Assembly (NCBI GenBank): GCA_964404655.1
Contig: CAYOKX010000002.1
Location: forward strand, 1,037-65,036
DNA from: an uncultured Sulfurimonas sp.
GTDB taxonomy: Bacteria; Campylobacterota; Campylobacteria; Campylobacterales; Sulfurimonadaceae
Length of the DNA: 64,000 bases
Direction of reading: 5' to 3'
The position numbers were made by a program, and so were the translations under genes. Of the stretch, positions 19,849 through 31,889 are shown piece by piece; the first letter of the stretch is position 1, and each line of letters begins with the position of its first letter. The notes beneath the pieces were generated by a model that was not told the DNA's origin, did no database searches, and saw only the letters and a list, made by a program, of their open reading frames with translations.

Positions 19849-20220
19849 TTGAAATTACTTGTTGTTGATGATAGCTCTACAATGCGTCGTATTATTAAAA
19901 ATACATTAGCACGTCTTGGCTATAAAGATGTACTAGAAGGTGCAGATGGTGTAGAAGGTTGGGAGCAGATGGATAAAAATCCAGATATAGATATGCTTAT
20001 TACTGACTGGAATATGCCAGAAATGAATGGACTTGAACTAGTTAAAAAAGTTCGTGCAGATGCACGTTTTAAAGATACACCTATCATTATGGTAACTACT
20101 GAAGGTGGAAAAGCTGAAGTTATTACTGCACTTAAAGCTGGTGTAAATAACTATATTGTTAAACCATTTACACCACAAGTTTTAAAAGAAAAACTTGGTG
20201 CCGTAATGGGTGTTTCATAA
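19849..20220 (+). CDS. cheY: Chemotaxis response regulator CheY
   Basis: VDDSSTMRRII, TDWNMP, YIVKPF; cheY-prmA-ftsH synteny. Confidence 0.95.
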   Translation: MKLLVVDDSSTMRRIIKNTLARLGYKDVLEGADGVEGWEQMDKNPDIDMLITDWNMPEMNGLELVKKVRADARFKDTPIIMVTTEGGKAEVITALKAGVNNYIVKPFTPQVLKEKLGAVMGVS

Positions 20221-20222
20221 TA

Positions 20223-21050
20223 ATGCAAGAGCATTATTATGAACTCGTAGTTAAACTTTCCTCTCATCACTCTCTCTTTTCAGATTTTTTAGCAGATACT
20301 GTTGCCGTAGGTTTCGAAGAAACTGATAATGGTTTTATTATTAGAAGTGAAGAAGATTTAGAAACTATTAGTTGGGGATTGGAACAGTTTAACGAAGCGG
20401 TACAAAAAGCTTTAGGTGAGACAATTGAACTTGAATGTGTTCAATCAAAACTTCAAAATAGCGATTGGATAGATATGTATCAAAAAAGTATTGAACCACT
20501 TGCAATAGATAAATTTTATATTCATCCTACTTGGGATGCTCCAAATCCAGATTTAATAAATATAACTATTGACCCTGCATTAGCATTTGGAACAGGACAT
20601 CATCCAACAACTGCTTCAGCTTTAAAAGCAATCTCTAAATATGTAAAAGAGAATGATAGAGTTATAGATGTTGGTTGTGGAAGTGGTATCTTAGCTATGG
20701 GTGCTGTAAAACTTGGTGCAATAGTAGATGCTTGTGATACAGATATTATCTCTGTTGAAAACTCTCTTGTTAATGCAAAATTAAATAATTTAGAGTTTAA
20801 CAATATTTGGGAGGGGTCATGCTCTCTAACAGATGAAAGATATGATGTAGTAGTTGCAAATATTGTAGCAGATGTTTTAACTTTTATAGCAAAAGATTTA
20901 AAAGATGCGATGAAGGATAATGCAATATTGGTTCTTTCAGGTATTTTAGATAAATATGAAAATAAAGTTCTAAAATTTTATAAAGATTGTGAAATTATAG
21001 AAAGAATTATTCAAGATGAATGGGTAACACTCATCTTAAAAAAAATATAG
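20223..21050 (+). CDS. prmA: Ribosomal protein L11 methyltransferase
   Basis: DPALAFGTGHHPTT, DVGCGSGIL, VVANI, LSGIL. Confidence 0.95.
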   Translation: MQEHYYELVVKLSSHHSLFSDFLADTVAVGFEETDNGFIIRSEEDLETISWGLEQFNEAVQKALGETIELECVQSKLQNSDWIDMYQKSIEPLAIDKFYIHPTWDAPNPDLINITIDPALAFGTGHHPTTASALKAISKYVKENDRVIDVGCGSGILAMGAVKLGAIVDACDTDIISVENSLVNAKLNNLEFNNIWEGSCSLTDERYDVVVANIVADVLTFIAKDLKDAMKDNAILVLSGILDKYENKVLKFYKDCEIIERIIQDEWVTLILKKI

Positions 21051-21065
21051 GAAGAGATACTAATA

Positions 21066-23036
21066 ATGTCAAATAAAAAACAAAATAATGAAAATAACTT
21101 TTTTAATCAAAATCCTTTGATTACATTTGCTATATTTTCAGTTGGAATAATTTTAGCCTTTAAGATGTTTGTAGGGGAGGGTGATGGACTTAATAGCTCA
21201 TCATCTCAAACAACAAGAATGACACAAAAAGTAAGTTATTCAGAACTAAAAAATTTAGTAGCTACCAAATCTATCTCTAAAGTAGAGATAGGTCAAAGTT
21301 ATATCAAAGCATTATCGATAGATGGTAGAACTATTTATACTACAAGAATAGTATATGGTGATACTAAATTAGTAGATGAACTAGATAAACAAGGTATTAA
21401 CTATCAAGGTTTCAATGAATCTAATTGGTTTACTGAGATGTTTGGTTGGTTATTTCCATTTCTTATGATAATGGCTATCTGGATGTTTTTTGCTGGTCGT
21501 ATGCAAAAAAGTATGGGTGGTGGTATCTTAGGTATGGGTAACTCTAACAAGATGATAAACTCTGAAAAACCAAAAACTAAATTTGATGATGTTGCTGGTG
21601 TTGAAGAGGCAAAAGAGGAGGTTCAAGAGATTGTTGATTTCTTGAAATACCCTGCTCGTTATGTTGAAATAGGGGCTAAAATCCCTAAAGGTGTTTTACT
21701 TGTTGGTTCTCCTGGTACGGGTAAAACTCTTCTTGCTAAGGCTGTTGCTGGTGAAGCAGATGTTCCTTTTTTCTCTGTAAGTGGTTCTAGTTTTATCGAG
21801 ATGTTTGTAGGTGTGGGTGCAGCTCGTGTACGTGACCTTTTTGAACAAGCAAAAAAAGATGCTCCTAGTATTATCTTTATCGATGAGATAGATGCTATCG
21901 GTAAAAGTCGTGCTGCTGGTGGAATGATGGGTGGAAATGATGAGAGAGAACAAACTTTAAATCAACTTCTTGCAGAGATGGATGGTTTTGGGACAGATAC
22001 TCCTGTTATTATCTTAGCTGCTACAAATAGACCTGAAGTTTTAGATGCTGCTCTTCTTAGACCAGGGCGTTTTGATAGACAAGTTCTTGTTGATAAACCA
22101 GATTTTGAGGGACGTATTAAAATCTTAAATGTTCATATGAAAACTGTGAAGATGGATAAAGATGTAGAGATAGAAGAGATAGCTCGTTTAACTGCTGGTT
22201 TAGCTGGTGCTGATTTAGCAAATATTATCAATGAAGCAGCTCTTCTTGCTGGACGAAAAAGTCAAAAAACTGTAAAACAAAAAGACCTTTTTGAGTCAGT
22301 AGAGCGTGCAATAGCTGGACTTGCTAAAAAATCTCGTCGTATCAATCCTAAAGAGAAAAAAATTGTAGCATATCACGAAAGTGGACATGCACTTTTAGCA
22401 GAGATAACTCATGGTGCGAAGAAAGTTTCTAAAGTTTCTATCGTTCCACGTGGTCTTGCTGCATTGGGTTATACACTAAACAAGCCTGAAGAAAATAAAT
22501 TTATGATGCAACAGCATGAACTATGGGCTGAAGTAGATGTTCTTCTTGGTGGACGTGCTGCTGAAGAGGTTTTCATAGGTGAAATTTCAACAGGTGCTGG
22601 AAACGATTTAGAAAGAGCAACGGATATTATTAAATCTATGGTACAAACTTATGGTATGAGTGATGTAGCTGGTCTTATGGTATTAGAAAAAAGTCGTCAA
22701 TCTTTCTTAGGTGGAGGACAACAAGCTACTCGTGAATATAGTGAAAAGATGGCTGAAGAGATGGATAGTTTTATAAAAGCATCTCTAAATGAACACTATA
22801 ATTCTGTTTTAGCTCACTTAGAAGAGTATAAAGATGCTATTGAAGATATGGTAAAACTTCTTTATAAAAAAGAGAATATTACGGGTGAAGAGGTTCGTGA
22901 AATTATTATTAACTTTGAAAAAGAAAATGGTATAGAATCAAAAGTAGAACAAGAAAGTGATAATATAGAGAGTGAACTTAAAGAGGATGCTAAAATGTCT
23001 GGAGAGTTAAAAAAAAATGAGAATATAGATGAATAA
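21066..23036 (+). CDS. ftsH: ATP-dependent zinc metalloprotease FtsH
   Basis: Two TMs, [20 protein letters not shown]. Confidence 0.98.
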   Translation: MSNKKQNNENNFFNQNPLITFAIFSVGIILAFKMFVGEGDGLNSSSSQTTRMTQKVSYSELKNLVATKSISKVEIGQSYIKALSIDGRTIYTTRIVYGDTKLVDELDKQGINYQGFNESNWFTEMFGWLFPFLMIMAIWMFFAGRMQKSMGGGILGMGNSNKMINSEKPKTKFDDVAGVEEAKEEVQEIVDFLKYPARYVEIGAKIPKGVLLVGSPGTGKTLLAKAVAGEADVPFFSVSGSSFIEMFVGVGAARVRDLFEQAKKDAPSIIFIDEIDAIGKSRAAGGMMGGNDEREQTLNQLLAEMDGFGTDTPVIILAATNRPEVLDAALLRPGRFDRQVLVDKPDFEGRIKILNVHMKTVKMDKDVEIEEIARLTAGLAGADLANIINEAALLAGRKSQKTVKQKDLFESVERAIAGLAKKSRRINPKEKKIVAYHESGHALLAEITHGAKKVSKVSIVPRGLAALGYTLNKPEENKFMMQQHELWAEVDVLLGGRAAEEVFIGEISTGAGNDLERATDIIKSMVQTYGMSDVAGLMVLEKSRQSFLGGGQQATREYSEKMAEEMDSFIKASLNEHYNSVLAHLEEYKDAIEDMVKLLYKKENITGEEVREIIINFEKENGIESKVEQESDNIESELKEDAKMSGELKKNENIDE

Positions 23037-23664
23037 AGACACTTTACCAATCTCTAAAGAGGGATGGAATTATATAGGTTCAGCTATTGCTATATTTATA
23101 CTATTTGTCATTTTACACCTTGATATATTAAGTTTTATTGCATTAGCCTTTATCGCTTTTTTTGCATTTATATATAGAAATCCTGAAAGAGAATTATCCT
23201 CTTTTGAGGGAAATAATATAGTGACAACACCAGTCGATGGTCGAGTTGTGTATATCGAAAATCTAGTAGGCTCAGAATATGCTTATAGAGTAGAGATTGA
23301 ATCTCGATGCTCTGATGTTGGATTTTTAAGAGTACCTATGAATGCAACAGTTGTAGATTTAAAGATTATGAAAGGAACGAAACTTCCTCTCTCATCAGAA
23401 CTATTTTCTAAACTCAATGAAAATATAACAATGATACTTGAAGATGGTGATTTAAATAGATTGAAAGTAACACATTTTTCAAAGGTAAGTTTTGATGATT
23501 TAAAGATAGATGTTGCTAAAAACCAGATTGTTGGTGCTTCAATAAGATATGGTTTTATGCTTAATGGTATTACATCTCTCTATCTTCCAAAAGATTTTAA
23601 ACTTGATATACGTGCTGGAAGTAAAGTAATTGCTTCTAAAACATTAATAGGCTCTTTTAAATAA
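23029..23664 (+). CDS. Phosphatidylserine decarboxylase-like protein lacking the GS cleavage motif
   Basis: YRNPER, PVDGRVV and RVPM match the short Psd family; the expected FGS site reads GFMLNGI. Confidence 0.75.
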   Translation: MNKDTLPISKEGWNYIGSAIAIFILFVILHLDILSFIALAFIAFFAFIYRNPERELSSFEGNNIVTTPVDGRVVYIENLVGSEYAYRVEIESRCSDVGFLRVPMNATVVDLKIMKGTKLPLSSELFSKLNENITMILEDGDLNRLKVTHFSKVSFDDLKIDVAKNQIVGASIRYGFMLNGITSLYLPKDFKLDIRAGSKVIASKTLIGSFK

Positions 23665-23672
23665 GAGTCCTT

Positions 23673-26021
23673 TTAATGTTGTTTTTTAAATAATATTTTA
23701 TCTGTATCTATCTCAAAATCAAAATACTCTGAATTGAAATTTTCCTTATCTATTTTTAATAGCTGAATAGTTGCCCCATGGTTATTTTGAATCTCTAAAT
23801 ATAATAAACCTAACGCATAACGGCTCTCTAAAAACTTTTTATTTTTCATTTTTGATAACTCTAAGAGTGCTATCGCATTTTCATGATGGTTTGCAGCTGT
23901 TGATGCTACTGCACCAAGAAAAAGAGTATTTGCATCTCTTACTTTATGCTCATCAATTAGAGTATTATAAAGTGTGTATGACTCCTCAAAAGCACTATCA
24001 TATAAAGATGCTAAAGCAAGTGCATTTAATATATCCGTTGTATTTTCCTGTGTTGATTCTAATATATTTTTAAGATTTTCTCTCAGAAAATAGAGTTTAC
24101 CTGTAATAAGTTTTTGTTGAATATAAAGATAGCGTGTTATATATGGACCAAAATAGAGGTCTCTAAAATTAAATTTTTGTACTTTTAGATAGTTTAAGAC
24201 TTTATTTGCATAAAGTTTTGGTTCTAAATCATAAAATTTATTATCTATATATATCATATGAGGCATTATATCATGAGGTAAAAGAGCGATAAGCTTTTTA
24301 GATGCTTCTACTGCTCTATCCATCTTATTTAATCTTCCAGCAATTAATGCATCCAATACAAGATAAAGAGATTTTTTCTTATAATCTTTATCTAACCATC
24401 CAATAGCATTCAAATAATTACCCTCTGTAATATTAACCAATGTCTTATAAAGTTCTATCTCCTCAGTTATCTCTTCATTTGAAATATCATCTTTTATAAT
24501 AGATTTAAGTTTATCACTTGTTTTATCTATAAGTTGGTCTGTCATAACAGCAAAAATACCTGAGAGATAATTTTTTGCATTAAGATGATATGAGCGTGTA
24601 AAATGTTTATTTGCATTTGGCATATCACCAAGTTGAGCATATGTTAAAGCTAAATTATAATGAAGTATCGAATGTTTTGGTTGTACTTTTATCAATTTTT
24701 GTAAATCTTCATTTGCTGACCGTATTTGAAACTCTAATGCTTTTTTAATAGCTTTAGCTATTCCACTATTTGCACTTGATGAGGAAGCACTTGTTTTTAG
24801 ATACTCTTGAGCAGATTTAATATTATCTATATACATATTTGCATTCCCTTTTTGAATATAGTTAATAGCTATATTTGGGTCAAAAAGTTTATAAGGAGAG
24901 AAATAAAATATTTTTTGATATGTTATAAATTTTGAATCCTGAACATCTTTTCTATAATGATTTTGTGCCTTTGTAGCATTAAAAAGTGACTCTTTTAATT
25001 TTACTTTTATAGGATAATATTTATATGTTTCCTCCTGAAATTTATCGGTAGCCTTTTTTATATCTCCTGCTCCACTTGCTACTGCACCAGCTTTTATTTT
25101 TGTTAATCCACGAGCAAGAGTTGCTCTTAATATCTCTTGATTTTTTTTAATTGCTTCACTAAAATGTTGTATAGCTAAAGGATAATCACCTATTCTTGAA
25201 TAAAGAAGTGCTATATTGAAATCATCAAATGGATTAAGATTTTTTTCCATAGCTTCAACAGCTTCATAATTGTTCCCAAAAAATGCAGACAATTTTGCTT
25301 TTAGATGTTTTTGAGTTTCTGGATACTCTTGAGAATCATTATGTTTTAAAGCGATTAATGCCTCTAAATAGTTATGGTTATAATAGTTGATTATGGTGTA
25401 ATAGTAAGAATATAATGGTGATTTTAGTTCATAAGAGAGATAGGCTTGTGCTAAATTTATATAATATTGAAAGTTTTGTTCATCTTTAAGATATAAAGAA
25501 CAAACTGCTGCATTGATAGCACTAACACATCTTTTTTCATTATTTTTGATGGCCTTTTTAAAACTAGATAGAGCCATTGAATATTGTTTGTTTTTTAATT
25601 GTGCAACACCTAGATTATAAAGAGAGATAGCTTCACTATATGTTGCTATCTTTTCATATAAAAAAAGAGCATCAGGTTTTGAACCATTTGCATAGAGATA
25701 GTTAGCTTTTGCTATCATATTTTCTAGTTTACTTGGTTCGATTGTTTCAACTTGTTTTTTTTCTAACTTACTCTCAATAAAATTAATAGATTTTTGGAAT
25801 ATAGGTTCTTTTGTTTGAGATGATTTCATAACTAAAAGTGTAATAATTACTACAATAGTTAAAATAATAACTCCACCCCCTCCATAGATAATCATTTTTT
25901 TATGTTGAGCTGTTTTATTTACTTTCGTTTGTGTTTCTATCTCCTCTTCACTATCTCTTTTTACTCCAGCTGCTTCATTCTCCTCTATAATAATTATATT
26001 TTCATCTATATCACTCATCAA
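23673..26021 (-). CDS. pflB: Single-TM TPR protein, probably flagellar motor scaffold PflB
   Basis: Acidic N-terminus, one TM, long TPR array (SLYNLGV, HYNLALTYAQLG, RYALGLLY); size and architecture fit Campylobacterota PflB. Confidence 0.65.
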   Translation of the reverse strand: MMSDIDENIIIIEENEAAGVKRDSEEEIETQTKVNKTAQHKKMIIYGGGGVIILTIVVIITLLVMKSSQTKEPIFQKSINFIESKLEKKQVETIEPSKLENMIAKANYLYANGSKPDALFLYEKIATYSEAISLYNLGVAQLKNKQYSMALSSFKKAIKNNEKRCVSAINAAVCSLYLKDEQNFQYYINLAQAYLSYELKSPLYSYYYTIINYYNHNYLEALIALKHNDSQEYPETQKHLKAKLSAFFGNNYEAVEAMEKNLNPFDDFNIALLYSRIGDYPLAIQHFSEAIKKNQEILRATLARGLTKIKAGAVASGAGDIKKATDKFQEETYKYYPIKVKLKESLFNATKAQNHYRKDVQDSKFITYQKIFYFSPYKLFDPNIAINYIQKGNANMYIDNIKSAQEYLKTSASSSSANSGIAKAIKKALEFQIRSANEDLQKLIKVQPKHSILHYNLALTYAQLGDMPNANKHFTRSYHLNAKNYLSGIFAVMTDQLIDKTSDKLKSIIKDDISNEEITEEIELYKTLVNITEGNYLNAIGWLDKDYKKKSLYLVLDALIAGRLNKMDRAVEASKKLIALLPHDIMPHMIYIDNKFYDLEPKLYANKVLNYLKVQKFNFRDLYFGPYITRYLYIQQKLITGKLYFLRENLKNILESTQENTTDILNALALASLYDSAFEESYTLYNTLIDEHKVRDANTLFLGAVASTAANHHENAIALLELSKMKNKKFLESRYALGLLYLEIQNNHGATIQLLKIDKENFNSEYFDFEIDTDKILFKKQH

Positions 26022-27060
26022 GTTCCTTTATAGCTCTATTACGAGCTTCAAATATTTTTAAAATAGTTAGAAAAAAAGCTGTTATAGCAGGTCCTAAAAT
26101 CATTCCCCAAAACCCAAAAGTTGTAAGCCCAGCAATAATAGCAAAGAAGATAAGCAGTTCATTCATTCGCTTATCTTCCTCTTCCAGTAATCGTATATTT
26201 ATCTCTTTTATTATAAGTGGTTTTATAAAAGTATCTGCAACTATCGATATCATAATTATTGAGTATAAAGCGATAAATATAGCACTAGAACTATTCCCAA
26301 GGGAGAGTTCATATATCATAAATGGTATCCACATTAATGCACCACCAATGATAGGAATAAGAGATGCAAAACCATACATAATCCCAAAAAGTAATCCATT
26401 ATAACCCATAAAAGAGATAGCTACACCAAAAAGGATACCTTGAAACATCGCATTTACTAAAATAGAATAGAACACAACACTCATAACAGATGAAAGCTCT
26501 TTTACTAAAATATCTGATTCAGCTAAAGAGATATAAACAACACGTTTTAAGAAAGCACTCATACTTGCACCGTTATATTGAATAAAAAAATAGAATACAA
26601 CAACTAAAAAAGCATTTTTTAAAAATCCAGCACTAAATGCTCCTATTTTTGTAGTTAAAGATATTGTAATTGTTGTAATTGATTTAATATCCATCTCAAT
26701 AAAAATATCTTTAATATAGGGTTTTACAAAAAGAAGATAATCTGGTGGCGAATGGATAAAATTTTTAATAAAAAGTTCAATATTATAAAAAACTTGAGGC
26801 TCAAGAGAGTTAAGCTGTATAGTAAGAGTTGTTAAAAAATATCCCAATGGAGCAAAAAACATTGTAGCTAATAAAAAGCTAGAGATAGAAGCTGCTACAA
26901 GTCTATTTTTTAATTTTTTCTCTAAAAATGTTTGAATCTCTGATGTTGAAACAGCAAGAAGAGATGCGATAGTTATAATAAAAAGAAATGGAAGATAGAG
27001 AATATAGAGCCAATAGAGAGAAGTAGCGAAAAGTATCGCTACAAAATAGTGTTGCTTCAT
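26011..27060 (-). CDS. AI-2E family transporter
   Basis: Multi-TM; [25 protein letters not shown]. Confidence 0.9.
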   Translation of the reverse strand: MKQHYFVAILFATSLYWLYILYLPFLFIITIASLLAVSTSEIQTFLEKKLKNRLVAASISSFLLATMFFAPLGYFLTTLTIQLNSLEPQVFYNIELFIKNFIHSPPDYLLFVKPYIKDIFIEMDIKSITTITISLTTKIGAFSAGFLKNAFLVVVFYFFIQYNGASMSAFLKRVVYISLAESDILVKELSSVMSVVFYSILVNAMFQGILFGVAISFMGYNGLLFGIMYGFASLIPIIGGALMWIPFMIYELSLGNSSSAIFIALYSIIMISIVADTFIKPLIIKEINIRLLEEEDKRMNELLIFFAIIAGLTTFGFWGMILGPAITAFFLTILKIFEARNRAIKELDE

Positions 27061-28076
27061 TTTAAAATCTTCTTCTCATCTATTTTAGGTGGAGTAATAT
27101 TTAATATATCATAAGTTACAGAAGTAGCTTTTCTCCCTTTTGCAGTTCTCTCTAAAAAACCATTTGCTATAAGGTATGGTTCTAAAACATCCTCAACTGT
27201 TCCCTCATCTTCACTTAAAGATGCAGCGATAGAACTAAGACCCATTGCTCTTCCTTGCGCAGAAGCTAAAAGGTTTAAAAGTCTTAAATCCATCTCATCA
27301 AAACCGTGAGAGTTGATACCTAACTCATTAAGTGCATATTGAGTTCTATTGTAGTCTATATGCTTTTCATCTGCCACATCTGCAAAGTCACGTACACGGC
27401 GAAGTAAACGAAGGGCTATCCGAGGTGTTCCTCTACTTCTTTTAGCTATCTCTATGGAAGCTGTTTTAATAATCTCTTTATCAAGTTTATTAGATGCTTG
27501 AGTGATAATCTGTGCTAACTCTTCAGAGGAGTAAAACTGCATTCTAAAACTCATACCAAATCTATCTCTAAGTGGATTAGATAACATTCCTGCTCTTGTA
27601 GTTGCCCCTATAAGAGTAAATCGTGGAAGGTCTATCTTTACTGTTTGTGCAGCTGGTCCACTTCCTATAATGATATCTATTCTAAAATCTTCCATAGAGG
27701 AGTAGAGTATCTCCTCGACTGCTGGAGATAAACGATGAATCTCATCTATAAATAGTATGTCTCCCTCTTCAAGATTTGTTAAGATAGCTGCTAAATCTCC
27801 ACTTTTCTCTATCATAGGGGCTGCTGTTACTTTTATATTTGCATTCATCTCATTGGCAATGATAAGTGCTAAAGTTGTTTTTCCAAGTCCAGGAGGTCCA
27901 AAAAAAAGAACATGGTCTAGTGCTTCAGAGCGTTTTTTACTTGCTTCTATAAAAACCCCAAGGTTTTTTTTTATCTGTTCTTGCCCTATATATTCACTCC
28001 AAGCGTCGGGACGAAGAGTAACTTCACTACTCTCTTCACCCATATCAAAGGTTTCTATCTCTACTAATCTTTCCAT
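27057..28076 (-). CDS. ruvB: Holliday junction helicase RuvB
   Basis: [26 protein letters not shown]. Confidence 0.98.
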   Translation of the reverse strand: MERLVEIETFDMGEESSEVTLRPDAWSEYIGQEQIKKNLGVFIEASKKRSEALDHVLFFGPPGLGKTTLALIIANEMNANIKVTAAPMIEKSGDLAAILTNLEEGDILFIDEIHRLSPAVEEILYSSMEDFRIDIIIGSGPAAQTVKIDLPRFTLIGATTRAGMLSNPLRDRFGMSFRMQFYSSEELAQIITQASNKLDKEIIKTASIEIAKRSRGTPRIALRLLRRVRDFADVADEKHIDYNRTQYALNELGINSHGFDEMDLRLLNLLASAQGRAMGLSSIAASLSEDEGTVEDVLEPYLIANGFLERTAKGRKATSVTYDILNITPPKIDEKKILK

Positions 28077-28088
28077 ATATTTAAAAAC

Positions 28089-28880
28089 CTAGTAGGTGTG
28101 AATTTCTTGAGGAAATTCACGGGATTTTACATCATCGGAGTAGTTTTTTACAGCATCTCTTACTAGTGAAGCTCCATCCATATATTTTTTGACAAATTTA
28201 GGTGTAAAAGCTTCAAATAGTCCTAACATATCTGAAAAAACAAGAACTTGTCCATCTACACCATTACCTGCACCTATACCTATAACAGGAATATCAACAC
28301 AAGATGCTATCTCTGTTGCAACTTCAGCTTTGACACCCTCTATAACTAAACAAAAAGCACCTGCATCTTCTATCGCTCTGGCATCTTCTATAAGTTGTAA
28401 CTGCTCTTGAGATGTCTTTCCTTTTACTTTATACCCACCATCTCCACGAACAGATTGAGGTAAAAGACCAATGTGTCCACATACTGCTATACCATTAGTC
28501 GTAAGATGTTGAACTACCTCGGCTTTCTCTTGACCACCCTCTATTTTTATACAATCAGCTGATGTTTTCTGAAATACTTTTATAGCATTTTTAAGCGCAT
28601 CTTTTTTATTTGTATATGTTCCAAATGGCATATCACAGATTACAAAACTATTTTTTGCACCTCTGCATACGGCATCTGTATGGTAAATCATCTGCTCCAT
28701 TGTTGCACTCAACGTATCACTTTTACCTGCAAAGCTCATATTTAAACTATCACCTACTAAAATCATATCTGAAGACTCTTCTAAAAGAGTAGCAAATAGG
28801 GCATCATAAGCTGTTATCATCACTAAAGGTCTTACACCTTTAGCTTTTTTTATAGAATTTATTGTCATTTTTTTATTCAT
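28089..28880 (-). CDS. panB: Ketopantoate hydroxymethyltransferase
   Basis: TAYDA, LVGDSL, KIEGG, GHIGLLPQ, IGIGAG. Confidence 0.97.
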   Translation of the reverse strand: MNKKMTINSIKKAKGVRPLVMITAYDALFATLLEESSDMILVGDSLNMSFAGKSDTLSATMEQMIYHTDAVCRGAKNSFVICDMPFGTYTNKKDALKNAIKVFQKTSADCIKIEGGQEKAEVVQHLTTNGIAVCGHIGLLPQSVRGDGGYKVKGKTSQEQLQLIEDARAIEDAGAFCLVIEGVKAEVATEIASCVDIPVIGIGAGNGVDGQVLVFSDMLGLFEAFTPKFVKKYMDGASLVRDAVKNYSDDVKSREFPQEIHTY

Positions 28881-28929
28881 TAGGAACTCTTTTTATTCAA
28901 TCTTTTAATTAATAGGAATTTTAACTAAA

Positions 28930-30192
28930 TTACGTGATTTTCACAAACTCCATAGCCTTAGAGTTTACAAAAGCTAACTTGTACCATTGTACTTTTGGAG
29001 CAATTAGATTTAATCGTGCTGGATTTGAACTACGTGAAAGTGCTACATAAAATTGAGAAGGTGCAAAAATTTCATTTGTTTCAATAATTAAATCCTCAAT
29101 AGACATCCCTTGTGACTTATGAATAGTAATAGCAAAAGCAAGTTTTATAGGAAACTGATATACACTAAAAAGAGCTTCTTCTAGCAACTCTTTTTTTCCA
29201 TCAACTATTTTTTCTATCCACCGTGTTCGATGTTGAACCATAGTTTCTAATTTGATGATTTTTTTATCATTCTTTTCTATATAAATAAAGTCATTATCGA
29301 TATTTATAATAACTCCTCGTTCTCCATTAAAATAGTTCCAAGAGTTTCTTGTAAAAAGGACAGGGGCATCTATTTTTAGGTTTAACTCTCTCTCTATTCT
29401 TGCATCTTCTAAGAATCTATCTATCTCATACTCTTTCGTAGATTTTTTGTGTACAATAATTTCAGCCTCTTTTATAACAAGTTCATTATTTATACTTTCT
29501 AACTGTTTTTTATTATGTCGTATTGATGAACTGTTTTTTCCAAAAAGAAAAGTAAAATCGTGTAGGTCGTGAGGAATAGGTTTTATATAGCTATTGAGAT
29601 GATTATGAATAGTTTCATCTATCACTCCAAAACGGATATGATTAAGAAGTTCTATAAAATTTTTATCATCAGTTCTATATATATGAGTAAGTTCTATCTT
29701 TTCAAACTGATACTCTTGCCAACTTTTTGATTCAAAAGCAAACTTTACTTCATTTTTTCCACGAACAACAGGAGGAAGTTGTAAAAAATCACCTACAACT
29801 AAAATAGCACCCTTAAAATTTGCTTGTGAGAGGCGAAGTCTTATCATATCAAAAAGAGTATCACTCACCATAGAAATTTCATCAATAACTATCAAACTCA
29901 TAGAAGATATAAGCTTTTGAATTTTTTTCTTTAACTCAAATTTACCATCTCTTTGTAGTGTTTCTATATCTGAAGCTATCCCTAAATCTAAAAAACTATG
30001 AAGTGTTTGTCCTCCTATTAAAGTTGCTGCCATCCCTGTTGAAGCTAATTTAGCAACTTTTTTAGCATCCTCTTCAAATATATCTATAATTTCACAAACA
30101 AGAGTAGTTTTTCCAACTCCTGCACCACCAGTTAAAAAAACTTTTTCATTTTTCTTTAATTTTTTAATTATCCTATTTTTCAACACTTGCAT
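28930..30192 (-). CDS. PIF1/RecD-like SF1B DNA helicase
   Basis: TGGAGVGKT, GGQTLHSF, IDEISM, GDFLQLPPV, AFAITIHKSQG, YVALSR. True start may be the GTG/TTG a few codons in. Confidence 0.9.
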   Translation of the reverse strand: MQVLKNRIIKKLKKNEKVFLTGGAGVGKTTLVCEIIDIFEEDAKKVAKLASTGMAATLIGGQTLHSFLDLGIASDIETLQRDGKFELKKKIQKLISSMSLIVIDEISMVSDTLFDMIRLRLSQANFKGAILVVGDFLQLPPVVRGKNEVKFAFESKSWQEYQFEKIELTHIYRTDDKNFIELLNHIRFGVIDETIHNHLNSYIKPIPHDLHDFTFLFGKNSSSIRHNKKQLESINNELVIKEAEIIVHKKSTKEYEIDRFLEDARIERELNLKIDAPVLFTRNSWNYFNGERGVIINIDNDFIYIEKNDKKIIKLETMVQHRTRWIEKIVDGKKELLEEALFSVYQFPIKLAFAITIHKSQGMSIEDLIIETNEIFAPSQFYVALSRSSNPARLNLIAPKVQWYKLAFVNSKAMEFVKIT

Positions 30193-30301
30193 CCTCTTTT
30201 TTCACTGTAAAATTATAGAGTGAATTACTTCTTTTTCCCTTATCTTTATCTTATTTTGCTACTATATATCTATAAAAATCATATATTCAAAAGGCTATCC
30301 A

Positions 30302-31384
30302 ATTCTAGTACATATCTGTTGTAGTGTTGATTCACACTTTTTTTTAGAAAAGCTTCAAATGGATTATCCAGATGAAAAGTTAATCGGTTTTTTTTATGAC
30401 CCAAATATTCATCCCTATTCTGAATATCAGCTTCGACTACTAGATGTTCAACACTCCTGTAATAAGTTAGGTATCGAACTTATAGAGGGAGCGTATGATT
30501 TTGAAAATTGGTTAAATATTGTAAAAGGTTTTGAGAAAGAGCCTGAAAAAGGGAAGCGTTGTGAACTCTGTTTCGATAGACGTTTTGAAGTTAGTGCAAA
30601 TAAAGCATTAGAGTTAGGAGAAACATCTTTTACCACAACACTTTTAGTCAGTCCATTAAAATCTCAAGAACAATTGAAAAATAGTGGTAAAATTTTTTAT
30701 AAGCAACATAATATAAAATTTATTGCTGTTGATTATCGCTCAAATGGAGGAACTCAAGACCAAAGTCGAGTAACAAAAGAGCAAAAACTTTATAGGCAAG
30801 ATTATTGTGGATGTATCTTTGGATTAACGATGCAAAGGGAACAGCAAAATAAAATTATGGATGAGCTGTTTTCTCCCATTTCAAATCAAATTTTACCAGC
30901 ATCCATAGAAGAAAGATTAGAAATATATACAAAACGAATTACATTAGAAGAGAATAATAAAAACTATAAAATAATAAAACAAAAATTTTTAAACTATCGT
31001 CAATTTAATTTGAAAGTTATTGCAGGTAAAAAAGAGAACATTAATGCTTATGCATTAAATTACTCAACACTTCCAAGAAAAAAAGCACAAGGTCGCATAG
31101 AGTTTGAAAACAATAATATTCACTATCTTAATCGTGAAGAGATAAAATTTATTACTTTGGAACTATTTAATAATTTTGCTAATACTCAATATAGCTCTGT
31201 TAAAGAACTTATTTTTAATCCACCATCTTTTAATGATGAATTTTTAATACGAAATCAGATAATAAATTTAAGTTATAATCTAACTCCTATTATTGTTGTC
31301 GATGAAATAATAGATAAAAAATTAACGATTTTTCTTGATGCAAAAACTTATGAAGATACAAAGGAAATTATAATGATTATATAA
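30302..31384 (+). CDS. queH: Epoxyqueuosine reductase QueH with C-terminal extension; inferred ATT start
   Basis: In frame upstream of ATG 30359: ATT CTA GTA CAT ATC TGT TGT AGT GTT GAT ([11 protein letters not shown]), the QueH N-terminal motif. Also [18 protein letters not shown]. Confidence 0.88.
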   Translation: MLVHICCSVDSHFFLEKLQMDYPDEKLIGFFYDPNIHPYSEYQLRLLDVQHSCNKLGIELIEGAYDFENWLNIVKGFEKEPEKGKRCELCFDRRFEVSANKALELGETSFTTTLLVSPLKSQEQLKNSGKIFYKQHNIKFIAVDYRSNGGTQDQSRVTKEQKLYRQDYCGCIFGLTMQREQQNKIMDELFSPISNQILPASIEERLEIYTKRITLEENNKNYKIIKQKFLNYRQFNLKVIAGKKENINAYALNYSTLPRKKAQGRIEFENNNIHYLNREEIKFITLELFNNFANTQYSSVKELIFNPPSFNDEFLIRNQIINLSYNLTPIIVVDEIIDKKLTIFLDAKTYEDTKEIIMII

Positions 31385-31433
31385 TCTTTTTTTAGGTAGA
31401 ATAGCTAAAAAATATTTTACAAGGCTTTTACTT

Positions 31434-31880
31434 ATGATTATGGATGTTATTGAAATTCAAGAAATTTTACCTCACAGATACCCTTTTTTACTAATCGACC
31501 GTGTTACTGAGATTGAAGTAAATGAGTCTTTAATAGGTTATAAAAATGTAACTATTGGTGATAATGTATTTCAAGGTCACTTTCCAGGTCATCCAATTTA
31601 CCCAGGTGTTATGATTTTAGAGGGTATGGCACAAGCTGGTGGAATTTTAGCATTTAAAAGTATGAATATGACAAAAGAGGAAGCAGCAACTAAAGTTGTT
31701 TATTTTATGAGTATCGATAAAGCTAAATTTAGAGCCCCTGTAAAACCAGGTGATAAACTAGAATATCATTTACGTGTTATCAAACAAAAAGGTGCTATTT
31801 GGATGTTAGATGCTAAAGCCTATGTGGATGGTAAACTAGTTTCACAAGCTGAATTAAAAGCTATGATAGTTGATAAATAG
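31434..31880 (+). CDS. fabZ: 3-hydroxyacyl-ACP dehydratase
   Basis: [24 protein letters not shown]. Confidence 0.97.
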   Translation: MIMDVIEIQEILPHRYPFLLIDRVTEIEVNESLIGYKNVTIGDNVFQGHFPGHPIYPGVMILEGMAQAGGILAFKSMNMTKEEAATKVVYFMSIDKAKFRAPVKPGDKLEYHLRVIKQKGAIWMLDAKAYVDGKLVSQAELKAMIVDK

Positions 31881-31889
31881 AAGTAAGCT

